This document shows, one piece after another, positions 38,158-49,060 of a stretch of 64,000 nt of DNA. The stretch covers positions 44,188 through 108,187 of the forward strand of contig CAXHJY010000195.1 in NCBI GenBank assembly GCA_964016885.1. Direction: 5' to 3'. Both the position numbers and the translations under genes were made by a program. Position 1 is the first letter of the stretch. The number at the start of each line of letters is the position of its first letter. The notes under the pieces are model-generated. The model saw only the letters and a program-made list of their open reading frames with translations, had not been told where the DNA came from and did not search any database. This DNA is from Eledone cirrhosa. Taxonomy: Eukaryota.

Positions 38158-38451
38158 ATTATTATTATTATTATTGCGATAGGTCGGGGAGTGGAAAATC
38201 TACTGAGTGTTATTATTAGTATTATTATTATTATTATTATTGACGAAAGTGGATGTACGTTTTTTGAAGCTCCGTGAGTAAGCAATTTTTGAGGATTAAT
38301 TGTAGAGAATTGTTTATTTTTTGTACCGCTGAAGCATTATAAGACATTAATTTGTATCCTGTGAAGGAATAACTCATAATATTTGGGCCTTTTGGCCCAA
38401 ATATTTGAACTTTATTTTGAAAAAAAATAATAATTTTTTTCTCAAAAAAAC

Positions 38452-40362
38452 ATGGCGGAGCCACGCCCCCTAGAGGCGGGTCTGCTGTCGTGCAACGGCG
38501 ACTTGAGCGTTGAGAGGAGAGGTGAGGCGAGGAGCGCCACCAGCACGAATGTGAGCAGCGACAGTGCCAGCACCAACGGGCCGAGCGGCGCGGAAGGTGG
38601 TAACAGCGACAACACCAACACCAACAAGCCGAACAGCGCAGAAGGTGGTAATAGCGAGAGCACCAACAAAACGAACAGCACAGAGAGTAATAGTAGCGAC
38701 AGCAGCAGCACCAACAAGGCCAACAGCACAGAAGGTAACCACGACACAGGGGAGAACAACAACAGCAATAGCAGCAGCAACACCAACAAGAACAACAACA
38801 GTGACAACACCAACAAGAACACTTTCGCTGCTGTGGCAGCGGCTAAAAGGAGACCATGCTACAGCATCGACTTAACCAACAGAGAGGAAAAGTTGGCCCA
38901 GGCCTGGAAAATCATAAATCAAGAGCAGACCTGGGCAAACTTAACTGTCCCGGCAGAAGCCATTGAGGCAGTGGAAAAAAGAACGGTGCATTTCAGATGC
39001 ATCTCAGTAGAGACAAAGAGGGCAGCGATAATCGCCCAAGCTGACATAGAAGCCGCACTGAAATACATCAGAGAGGACACAGACTTCATAGAGAGGGGCA
39101 GGCAATACGGCACCGTTTCGGTGCTGTTCAAGTCTGAAGCCCTCGCTGTGAAGCATTCAATGACCCCTTGCAAAACCAGCAAGGTCATAATGTACCCCTC
39201 CCACATGGGAAAACGAATAGCACGTGTGCGCATTCCCAGGATTCCACCAGGACTTGATATGTGGTGGCTCCTGGGTTGCGTAATCGTGGAAGGAACGGAT
39301 ACAGTCCCGGTAGAGGCAACGAGAACTGCCAGGGACGACTGGTCCGGGGTTGATCTGGAGATACTGCTCCAAATCAGACCCGAAAACGTAAAAACAATCC
39401 CGGACCACATCCGCCTCCAAAACGGGAGGGTGTTGCATATAATGACTGAGGGCAAAAGGCCGCATTGTTTCCTTTGTGGGGAAACGACACACTTGCGAGC
39501 CTTCTGCCCTCAACTGCCGAAAAGCGCAAGGGGTCGAAAGATTCCACTGCTGGCGACGCCGGGACAAGGACCACCAGCAACACCGTCAACAATGGAACCA
39601 CCAAAATTGCACACCCAGGGGGGAAACGAGGAAAGCTCTCCCATTCCCCCTCCCCCCAAAAATACACACACGAACAAGAACATAAACACTCACTCAGACA
39701 CAAACACGCTCACAGCCACAGACCCCTCATCCTCCAGCAGTGAAGATGAGGGAAAACCAAAGTCCCCCAAAATACAAAAAACAAAACACAAAAAAAAAAG
39801 AAATCCACAAAGCACAAACACCCCCACAAAAAAAAATACACACACCACCCACACAAACATTTTCCCCACAGCATCACCAACACAACCACCAAAATCCCCC
39901 AAACGCAAACAAGCTAAACAGACACAAGAACAAATAGACACACAAACATCAGAAACTACAGACACCCCACCCACAACAAACGCAGACACAATAGAAACAA
40001 CACTAACAAAGCTATCACCACCACAATCACACGAACAAATAAATCCCGAGCAACAAAACATTAAAAACTTCGTGCTTGCCAGAAGGGCCAACACGGAATT
40101 GATGGCCCATGTAGCACGAAGCACAAACATCGAAAAAGACGGGGAAACATTTGAAGCGAGCACATTTCGCGTACCAGATAATTTGCTTCTGATGCGAATG
40201 TCGCTCGCTTCATACAAAGAAATTCGAAAGAGCTTTCCTCGGGATGTGGGAACCCCGAACGTAAAACCCACGTCAAGACTATTAAAGGGGTTCCCAAAAG
40301 AAACCCCACAAACCATGGAGGTCGAACCACCCGACCTTCACAAGACCCCGGAAGGTAAGTAA
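38452..40362 (+). CDS. ORF1 gag-like protein with CCHC zinc knuckle (636 aa)
   Basis: EGKRPHCFLCGETTHLRAFCPQ; RGRQYGTV motif shared with family A. Confidence 0.85.
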   Translation: MAEPRPLEAGLLSCNGDLSVERRGEARSATSTNVSSDSASTNGPSGAEGGNSDNTNTNKPNSAEGGNSESTNKTNSTESNSSDSSSTNKANSTEGNHDTGENNNSNSSSNTNKNNNSDNTNKNTFAAVAAAKRRPCYSIDLTNREEKLAQAWKIINQEQTWANLTVPAEAIEAVEKRTVHFRCISVETKRAAIIAQADIEAALKYIREDTDFIERGRQYGTVSVLFKSEALAVKHSMTPCKTSKVIMYPSHMGKRIARVRIPRIPPGLDMWWLLGCVIVEGTDTVPVEATRTARDDWSGVDLEILLQIRPENVKTIPDHIRLQNGRVLHIMTEGKRPHCFLCGETTHLRAFCPQLPKSARGRKIPLLATPGQGPPATPSTMEPPKLHTQGGNEESSPIPPPPKNTHTNKNINTHSDTNTLTATDPSSSSSEDEGKPKSPKIQKTKHKKKRNPQSTNTPTKKNTHTTHTNIFPTASPTQPPKSPKRKQAKQTQEQIDTQTSETTDTPPTTNADTIETTLTKLSPPQSHEQINPEQQNIKNFVLARRANTELMAHVARSTNIEKDGETFEASTFRVPDNLLLMRMSLASYKEIRKSFPRDVGTPNVKPTSRLLKGFPKETPQTMEVEPPDLHKTPEGK

Positions 40363-40391
40363 ACCTTTCCTCTCCCATTCATCCTGCCAGC

Positions 40392-43300
40392 ATGGCCATA
40401 AGAGTAGGAAGTTTAAATGTTCGTGGCCTGGGGTCGCCCTGGAAGCAAGGTCACTTGCTCAACGACCTCAGGTCACTAGGAATGGATGTAATTGCCATCA
40501 GCGAGACCAGAATTTCCGACACACGCGCACTGGCGCCGATTTTCGACGATTATCAGATCTTTGCATCTGTTAGTCGGCCGGGAATGGGAGGTGGAGTGGC
40601 TGTGCTGTTTAGGAAATGTCTGGATCTCGAGGTAAGGTCAATCTTCCGGGATCCTGACGGAAAGTTGGTGGTCCTGGACGTGAGCAATAGCGAAGGTGGT
40701 GCCTTTAGACTGGTGGCCGTCTACGCCCCTACTGGGGCCGGTCGGCCGGACTTCTTTAGGCGCCTGGAAAACTTTCTGCTTACGTCTCGCCCTTTACTGT
40801 TAATAGGGGATTGGAATGGCATCTTAGAAGCACGCTGGGATTGTGTGGGAGTATCTGATAGGAGCGGGGGGTGCAAAAGCCTCAAGTACCTGATCAGCCA
40901 GTTTCAACTGTCTGACAGGTACCGACTAGATTTCCCTAATGCGCCAGTATGGACCTGGACCAATCGCATAGGGTCATCTAGATCGTACATAGATAGGATT
41001 TTCATTAGGAAAAGAGATAGAAATAGTGTAGGATGTCCACATTTTAAAACGGTTGCCTATTCAGATCACAAGCTTGTGATCTGTATGGTCGACCTAGATA
41101 AGACACGTAGGTTAGGACCTAGCTACTGGAAGCTAAACATGTCGTTTCCGGCACGTAAAGCTTACAGGGACCGGGTCAACAACTTAGTTAAGCAAAAGTT
41201 GACAGGGGGGGTTGTCAACAACAGGTGGTGGGGGGCACTCAAAAGAGAGATTAGAGCAACCTCGATAGGATTTAGCAAAGAAGTAGCAATAGAGAAAAAT
41301 AGAAAGGAGGAGGGGCTGATAGCTAAGTTAGACGAGGCTATTTGTAGTGGCATTGCAACAGACGTGCTAGCGGCGAGAATGGCACTAGACCATTTCTTCA
41401 ATGCGAAACACGAAGGTTGCATTGTCAGAGCTAAGGCGCGTGCTCTGAGGAACGAGGGAAGCAAAGCTGCTCGATGGGCTCGCTTTGCAGAGACGCAGCG
41501 TGGAAATAAAACCACAATTCGGTCTTTGACGGATCGAGATGGACACGAACTGAGCGATTCCAAGCAGATGTGTGAGGCCTTTCGCCAGCACTTTGCTCGA
41601 TTGTTCGGGAGGATGGGTGAGTCGGAGACGGCGGCGGACTTCAGTCCCTACCTCGACGGCTTGCCACGCCTCTCGACGGCCGACGCTGAGCGCTGCGAAG
41701 AGCCGATAACATCAGCCGAAATTCAGGACGCCCTTGTCGGCTGCTCGAGTCGCAAGTCACCCGGTTTGGATGGTCTGCCCTACGAGCTTTACGTAAATAT
41801 GCCAGACTTGTTCTCCGATCTCCTCGAAGCGCTCTACTGCAACTGGCAGCAGAACGGGAGCATTCCCAGTTCTGTGAGCCGTGGCGTAGTGACGCTGATA
41901 AGGAAAGACGAGAACAAGAGGGACACACTAGATAATTTCAGGCCCATAACCCTGCTCAACACAGAGTTTAAGATTTTGGCCAAGGTGTTAGCGAAAAGGT
42001 TGGCGCTTGTCGTCAAAGATTTGGTTGGGGAGGCGCAAACTTGCGCAATCCCGACCAGGTCCATACACGACAACCTCCACCTCATGCGATACATCATAGA
42101 GAGGGTTGGGTGCAAACCTGGCTTCGGTGGGGCTCTGATCAATTTAGATCAATCGAAAGCATTCGATAGGGTCGACCATCGGTACTTGGAGGCTGTCCTC
42201 GAGGCGGCTGGCTTCGGCCCCGTCTTCAGAAGCTGGATCGCTGCAATGTACAGCGGCATCCGCTCGGTGGTCAAAGTTAATGGCCACCTCTCGGAACCGT
42301 TTCAGATCTCTCGATCGGTCCGTCAAGGGTGCCCTCTCTCCTCACTTCTGTACGTATTGACTCTTGAGCCTCTACTGCGGAAGCTGGAGTTGTTGCAGGG
42401 CATCCCGCTCGAACCGGGACGTAGAAAGGCTGCGTCCGCTTATGCGGACGACATCACCGTGATGGTGTCGGACACCTCGGAAATCGAGGTGATCCGCACC
42501 CATTTGGAGGAATATGAAAGGTTGACGGGAGCAAAACTTAACCCGGAAAAGTCGGTGGGCTTGCAGCTCGGCACCTGGAGAGGCAAGTCCATGCCGTCCA
42601 ACAGCGTCGTTGGGCGCTGGACAGACGGACCGGTAAAGTTGCTCGGGGTTTGGTTCGGACCAGACCTCCAGGTGGATAAGAATTGGGACGAGGTGACGAG
42701 CAGGATAGCCAACCTCACCCAGAAATGGGCTGAGAGAAAGCTATCACTGAAAGGGCGGGCGGAGGTGGCGAACGCGTACATCGCGTCCGTCATCTACTAC
42801 CGCCTGACCGTCGTGCCTTGCCCCCGTCCACGCCTCGCCAATTTGGAACGGCTCCTTTTCAAATTTTTGTGGAGGGGACGGGTCCCGTTGGTGAGGCGGT
42901 CCATCTGCTGCCAGCACCCTCTTCGTGGAGGGCTGGGCATGCCGTGGCTAATGATGCGCAGACATGCGCTGAGGCTGCGACATCTCCAGATATTTTGCCT
43001 AAACGGTGAACAGGTGTGGTCGCCGTTTGTTAGACGGGCCTTTCCGCAGCTCATCTCTTTGACTGAGCTGCAGTCCTGGGTCAAGAAGAGACCGAGACTG
43101 GGCGACTGGCATCTGGAATGTTGCCAGGCGCTCACTGCACTCTGCAAGGTGGGCAATGCGGTCAGTGGAACTTCCACTCAAGATTTCTATAGAGGATTAG
43201 TGGAGGGCAAGTGCGATGACGTACTAGGAGAGGCTCTGGGCGTCAACGAAGTAGAACTGACCAGTATGTTCCGGAGGACTTTCGAGCCGGGGACGATGGA

Positions 43301-43811
43301 TAACTTCCAGAAATCCCTCGCTTGGCAGTGCTACCGGGGGGCGCTGCCGGTTCGGGATAAACTCTACAGGCACGGAAGTGCTGTCAGACGAACCTGCCCG
43401 AGATGCGCGCAGAGCGACGAAACCGTTCTGCACGCACTCGTCCAGTGTCCGTGCATTGCTGACTTGTGGGGTTATGTCGAACAGCTATTGTCGCGTGTAG
43501 AACGGATCCGGCTATCGTCCGAGTCCATAGTGAAGATTGACCCGCCGCCTTCTTTTGGTCAGGAAGGGCAGGCAATTTTCCTCTGCCTGGTGGCAGTAGC
43601 GAAAGAGGTTGCATGGTGGACCAGGTTGAAAGGACTGAAGACAGACACTTTTCTCTTCGGCCAATCCCTCATCAACTTCTTCAAGTTTCACTTGGAAAGG
43701 AAGGTGAGGGTGGAGAGAGAAGTGCTGCCCCCCAGTACATTTACTGAAAGGTGGGTGAATGTGGCGAGAATGGCCCGCGTGAGTGGGCCTACTCTGATCA
43801 TGCGCCTGTAG
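40392..43811 (+). CDS. ORF2: APE endonuclease and reverse transcriptase (1139 aa)
   Basis: Same motif series as family A ORF2; uninterrupted. Confidence 0.95.
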   Translation: MAIRVGSLNVRGLGSPWKQGHLLNDLRSLGMDVIAISETRISDTRALAPIFDDYQIFASVSRPGMGGGVAVLFRKCLDLEVRSIFRDPDGKLVVLDVSNSEGGAFRLVAVYAPTGAGRPDFFRRLENFLLTSRPLLLIGDWNGILEARWDCVGVSDRSGGCKSLKYLISQFQLSDRYRLDFPNAPVWTWTNRIGSSRSYIDRIFIRKRDRNSVGCPHFKTVAYSDHKLVICMVDLDKTRRLGPSYWKLNMSFPARKAYRDRVNNLVKQKLTGGVVNNRWWGALKREIRATSIGFSKEVAIEKNRKEEGLIAKLDEAICSGIATDVLAARMALDHFFNAKHEGCIVRAKARALRNEGSKAARWARFAETQRGNKTTIRSLTDRDGHELSDSKQMCEAFRQHFARLFGRMGESETAADFSPYLDGLPRLSTADAERCEEPITSAEIQDALVGCSSRKSPGLDGLPYELYVNMPDLFSDLLEALYCNWQQNGSIPSSVSRGVVTLIRKDENKRDTLDNFRPITLLNTEFKILAKVLAKRLALVVKDLVGEAQTCAIPTRSIHDNLHLMRYIIERVGCKPGFGGALINLDQSKAFDRVDHRYLEAVLEAAGFGPVFRSWIAAMYSGIRSVVKVNGHLSEPFQISRSVRQGCPLSSLLYVLTLEPLLRKLELLQGIPLEPGRRKAASAYADDITVMVSDTSEIEVIRTHLEEYERLTGAKLNPEKSVGLQLGTWRGKSMPSNSVVGRWTDGPVKLLGVWFGPDLQVDKNWDEVTSRIANLTQKWAERKLSLKGRAEVANAYIASVIYYRLTVVPCPRPRLANLERLLFKFLWRGRVPLVRRSICCQHPLRGGLGMPWLMMRRHALRLRHLQIFCLNGEQVWSPFVRRAFPQLISLTELQSWVKKRPRLGDWHLECCQALTALCKVGNAVSGTSTQDFYRGLVEGKCDDVLGEALGVNEVELTSMFRRTFEPGTMDNFQKSLAWQCYRGALPVRDKLYRHGSAVRRTCPRCAQSDETVLHALVQCPCIADLWGYVEQLLSRVERIRLSSESIVKIDPPPSFGQEGQAIFLCLVAVAKEVAWWTRLKGLKTDTFLFGQSLINFFKFHLERKVRVEREVLPPSTFTERWVNVARMARVSGPTLIMRL

Positions 43812-44729
43812 GCTGGTGAATTCGAGAAGGAGAGGGGTGCCCTTCCCGGGTGCCCTAGGAGCGTCGGGTGGCTCAGGACTGGTGGGGTGCTTGAGTCAAC
43901 CCTGGGTGGTGATCCCTCTTATTGGGGAACTTTCATTGTTGTATTTTTATTGTTATTTTGTTTTTTTGTTATTTATACTTACTCGATCTCTATGTAAACC
44001 CCCACTGTCCCTGTCTATTGTGTTGTCCCCTATATGTCGGCCCTTGTGGCCAATAAATGAAATCATTATTATTATTATTATTTATTATTATTATTATTAG
44101 TGTGTGTATGTATGTGTGTGTGTGTTTGTGTGTTTGTTTGTTCTAGTTAACCTCTATAACAGATCTGTTTCTGCTGTCTTGATTGCCTACTGATTGCTGC
44201 TTGCTACACTACACCATACCTCTACATTACACCAAAGGTTGTATCTCCTATTATGTCAATATTATACGCTATCTCCCAATTCTCCCTCTACTCTAGACTC
44301 TTCTTCTCTTTACTTCATTTTATTGAACTTCGAAGATTTCGCAATAAATATAAGAAAAATATTTCTAAAAAAAAACATACAGTTTATATTTCTCTTCTTA
44401 ATCAATATTACACGCTACTTAATTATATATAATTTAGAATTAGTGACGTATTCTTGAGATAAAATAATATTATAAAAGTAATATATTTGACAAGTAAATA
44501 AATTTCTGTCTAAATTTACATAATTATTGGGTAAGGTTTCATTTAATTTCAGTTTAACTGATCAATCAATTTATGCTGCACAAGTCAGTAAGGGAGCCTC
44601 TAGGAAGTCACTCAATCTGTTAAAAATAACAGCCAAATATCGCTCAAATCATATCCTGTCCCAGAAAATATAGGAAAGAGCATATTAGATAATGTTTATC
44701 TAACTGTTGGGTGGTAGAATTAATTCATC

Positions 44730-44905
44730 ACCTAGTTTAGTAAACTTGATTAGTCCCCTGGGTTAACACCAGTTCCTGGCTGGTAGACTTAATTAGTCCC
44801 CTTGTTTAACACCAATTCCTGGCTGGTAGAATAAATTAGTCACCTGGTTTAACATCCCCTGAGTGGTAGACATAGTTTGTTCCCTGGTTTAACACCACCT
44901 CCTGG
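44730..44905. repeat. Degenerate ~40-bp tandem repeat
   Basis: Recurring ggtaga..aattagtcccctggtttaacacca.ttcct. Confidence 0.65.
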
Positions 44906-45125
44906 TCCTTTAATTGTCTTAAGAAGTGTCCACTCTGTTGCAGGAATTCAGACTAGATCTACTGTTTAAGGATACTTTCTAGCTTTCTCCCACTTACTCC
45001 CACCAATCTCTGGGACATTAAAAGGGGCCATTGACACGACCCTTCACTTCTTGACTGGACAGTAATACTGTCAATGCCAATGCCGAAATAAAAGATGAGA
45101 TGATCATAGCGAGAATATTTTAGAT

Positions 45126-45386
45126 CAACGGTCACCAACCGGTGGTCTGAGAGAAAATGTTGGTGGTCCACAGAAAAATGTGGACATTATTTACTTTAAA
45201 GATTTTGTTATGATTAAATAAGCATTTATAAGTTTGTGCATTTCATATTAATAAAATGGAAGTTCTCTGATCATTATTTTACAAATTAATTTATCTTTAT
45301 AAAAAGAAAAATCATATTAGAGGTCCGTGGGATTTAAAATTATGACTTTAGGGGTCCGTGAGGTCGGAAATGTTGGTGACCCCCTG
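45126..45386. mobile_element. hAT(Charlie)-like MITE remnant
   Basis: TIR-like ends caacggtcaccaac / gttggtgaccccctg; no clear 8-bp TSD. Confidence 0.55.
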
Positions 45387-45617
45387 CGTTAAGTCATAGA
45401 TCTTCTCAGGGATAGATCTTCTCAGGGTTAACCTTGGCTCATACAACCACAACATAAACATATAAATTCCACTGGTTATTACACACAACCAACGAAGGAA
45501 TCATTAAGTGGTTAATCGATCTACAAAAAAAAAATAGTAGCCAAAGTCCCTCAAATCACACCCTACAGATTTAAACAGGGACTAAGTCGCTACAAAGCTT
45601 AGTTCAGACCCACAATG

Positions 45618-45703
<86 letters not shown>

Positions 45704-45894
45704 GCGTGTGTGTGATACCCCTGCTCACTCTCCTGTATCTTTCTATTTCTTCTTTAATTTCCCATTCTACTTCCTGATAAAGAACTAACGCCCAAAACAT
45801 AAACACTTTCCTTACTATATTAAGCGTGAAACTATTATATATATCTCTCCACAGTAGTTCATCATGTTTTGTTTTTTCCGCCTACTCTTTTCTC

Positions 45895-45930
<36 letters not shown>

Positions 45931-46212
45931 GCGTGTGCGTGCGCGCAATGGGTAAACAGAAATAACAACACAATCGGAAGGAATATATTAGTTTAATGCT
46001 TGAAATAGAAGGAAGGGGGTATTAACGTTTCGGACGCTAGTCCTTCAGAAGAAGAAAGAATGAGAAATTAGAAAGATTGAAAGGACGGGCAGGGCGGAAT
46101 CTGAAAAAATGTTTTTAGAGAAAAATAACAGATTCATTCATATTGCCATCTCTCCCCCCCCCCCCCTCTCTCTCTCTCTCTCTCGAGGGAGAGAGAGAGA
46201 GTGAGAGAGAGA

Positions 46213-47420
46213 GATCTTTCTTTATTTGCCACATGGCCACACAAAATTGGGACATTACAAGACGTGACGGCGGGGGTTTTACATAAAATCTTTAACAATG
46301 ATAAATAACAATAAACTATATAAAAATAAAACAAATGAAATCCCCATTATGGGGGGGGGGGTAACGCTACTGCGGGGTTGTTTTACACCCCGTGGATAGA
46401 ACAACCCTCAACACCAGGAACACGTTTTGTAGGTGTTCCCGTCTTCCCTCTGTTTATCTTCCTCAACCTACAGGTTTATATACATAGAAGGCCCATTCAC
46501 TCGGGCCATTTTCGCCACATTCACCCTCCTTTCAGCGAATTTACTGGGGTGTAGCACCTCTCTCTCCACTCTCACCTTCCTTCTGAAGTGGTACTTAAAG
46601 AAGGGGATGAGTTGTTGTCCGGAGAGAAAGGTGTTTGCCCTTTAAATCTAGTCCACCATATTACCTCTTTCGCCATAGCCACCAGACAGAGGAAAACCGT
46701 CTCTCCTTCATTCTTAAATGAAAGCGGCGGTGTGATCCTCACGATGGACTCGGCTGACAATTGGATGCGTCCCACATGTGACAGTAGCTGTTCGACATAA
46801 TTCCACAGGCCGGTTACCCCTGGGCACTGAACAATTGCATGCCGAACGGTTTCGATATCCTGCTCGCATCTTGGACTAGTCCTTTTGTCAGGATCTTTGT
46901 CAGGGCGTCCGTGCCTGTAGATTTTGTCTCGAACTGGTAGAGCTCCTCGGTAGCACTGCCAGGCCAGAGACCTCTGGAAGTTATCCATAGGCCCTGGACG
47001 GAAAGTCCTCCCGAACAGACTGGTCAGTTCGTCCTCCTCAATACCTAGAGTTTCCCCGAGAACGTTGTCGCACTTATCGTCCACTAATCCCCTATAGAAT
47101 ATCGAAGTGGAGTCTCTGCTGATTGCCGTTTCCGCTTGGTAGAGGGCTGTGAGCGCCTGAAGGCACTCGAGGTGCCAGGCGCCCATTTTCAGTCTTCGCT
47201 TGACCCAGGACTGCAGCTCTGTTCGTGAGACAAGTTGTAGAAGAGCTCGTCTCACAAACGACAGCCATACCGGTTCACCGGTCAGGAATACCTGGAGATG
47301 GTGTAGCCTCAGCGTGTGTTTTCGCATCATCAGCCACGGCATGCCCAGCCCAAGGGTGTTGACAGCAGATGGATCTCCTCACCAATGGAGCCTGTTTCTT
47401 GCAGAGGAACTTGAAGAGTA
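46213..47420 (-). mobile_element. 5'-truncated Tx1-clade LINE (third family) whose 3' end runs into (TC)n
   Basis: ORF 46572-47342 homologous to the ORF2 C-terminus; sense 3' end ggccatgtggcaaataaagaaagatctctctctc. Confidence 0.85.
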
Positions 47421-47454
47421 GGCGTCCCATTTTGGTGATAGATAGATACATGTT

Positions 47455-47746
47455 CTAGGGCGGGTAAAATTCCCGAGATCCATGGACGAGTTCTCTCCAG
47501 CGGTCTCTCTGTCCCTCATTATCGCTGCCATGTCCTGCGTCTCCAAGAGACCAGTGTCTGTCCTTAGGGCATCAACATACGTTAACCTTGGTCTTCCTCT
47601 TCCAGTGTGTCCATGTAGGGGCTCCCACAAGAGCACTGAGTGCAATGTCAACTCTGGATGTCGGTGAACATGTCCAGCTAACCTCAGTCTCCTCTGTGTC
47701 ACTTTTGAGCTGACTTTTGGGAGGCTCCCATACAGCTCTGAGTATG
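47455..47746 (-). pseudogene. RTE-group LINE C-terminal fragment
   Basis: ELYGSLPKVSSKVTQRRLRLAGHVHRH..LLWEP.HG..GRGRPRLTYVD. Confidence 0.75.
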
Positions 47747-48643
47747 TTTGTGTGTGTGTGTGAAAGTATATATATATATATATATATATATACATACATC
47801 AACTCAGGAGGACTCAACAGCTTTAATATCCGCCATAATTTCTTAGTCGCAACTTTACAGAAGTTACAGAGGAGGTATGTGTTTATTTGAGAGATAGATA
47901 GATAGAAAGAGAAGGGATAGAGAGATAATGAGCGAGAGAATGAGAGAGAGAGGCTCATTATTAGAAAAAAATAGGAGAGCTACTGTATTTGGTTTGAACA
48001 TCTTAATGCTGTTAGTAACAGGTCAGAGAGTTTCTATGATACACTTCAAATATTTAGGGTATTAAGTAAAACATTCTGTGCTTCGTAAAGACGACGACAA
48101 AATATACATCCTGTTGATACAACAAAGTTTATTACATAATAAAGAGAGCAAAGAGGTTTTTTTTTCTTCATTATATTTAGTTAATTATTTGCAAATTCTT
48201 TCGTTTACAATATCCGATGTCCTTCACCGATTTGACATGTTGATTCAAGAAAACACGATTTGACCGCACCCAAGTCTGTTTAAATAAGCTTTTGTTAAAT
48301 CTGTGGGAGTACGTCTATCAGGTTTCCCTCTCTCTTTGCATCTCTGCACCAAAAAAAACTGCAGTGTTTTCATCTTTTGAGAACATGTGCCGGCAATAAT
48401 GTCACCAGAGAAAAACTTTTGTAGTTCCTCAAACTCCAACGGCCGAGTATACTATATTGAATTGTCTTATTGTCCTATTGTCGCATTGTCTTGTTGTCCT
48501 ATTATCGCATTGTCTTGTTGTCCTCCCCCAACCCCACCCGCCCCAGCTGTTTTCGATCCGCTTCTAGGTAAAACCTCAAATACTATGCTGTCAAGTTGGA
48601 CAAGTGCAGCTTGGATAAAATGCGAGATATGTTATTTTATTTC

Positions 48644-49005
48644 AATTGTTTCTACATTTGGCACAAAACCAGCAATTTGAAGGGAAGGGTAAGTCGATTA
48701 AATCACGTTACTGGTACTTTATTTTATCGACCCCGTAAGGTTGAAAGGCAAAGCTAAACTGGGATTTGAACTCAGAACGTAAATAGCCGTAACTGTATGT
48801 CAAAGGGTACATTGTCCAACGTTCTACCGACCCCAGTAATCCACTGCACCTCTAATATTGTATAATAATTGCATTAAGGAAACATTAATTAGGATACAGG
48901 ACGAGGTTGACTTAGCCTTTCATCCTTACGGGGGTCGATAAAATAAAGTACCAGTAATGCACTGGGTAATTGCTGGCCTTGTGCCTAAAGTAGAAACAAT
49001 TAATT
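48644..49005. mobile_element. Two SINE copies (- then +)
   Basis: Consensus matches. Confidence 0.7.
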
Positions 49006-49060
49006 AGGATACAGGACGATACAGTGTGGGTTTTTCTATGTGTAAAATAAAATTGTAATA

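Larger units (their letters stand above)
38242..44064 (+). mobile_element. Full-length Tx1/L1-clade retrotransposon (family B)
   Basis: 210-nt 5'UTR, ORF1, ORF2, 3'UTR; (TTA)n on both sides. Confidence 0.92.

Noticed and set aside
24623-43614. Many short antisense or overlapping ORFs inside the LINEs
   Set aside because: Shadow ORFs of long coding regions, with no independent motifs
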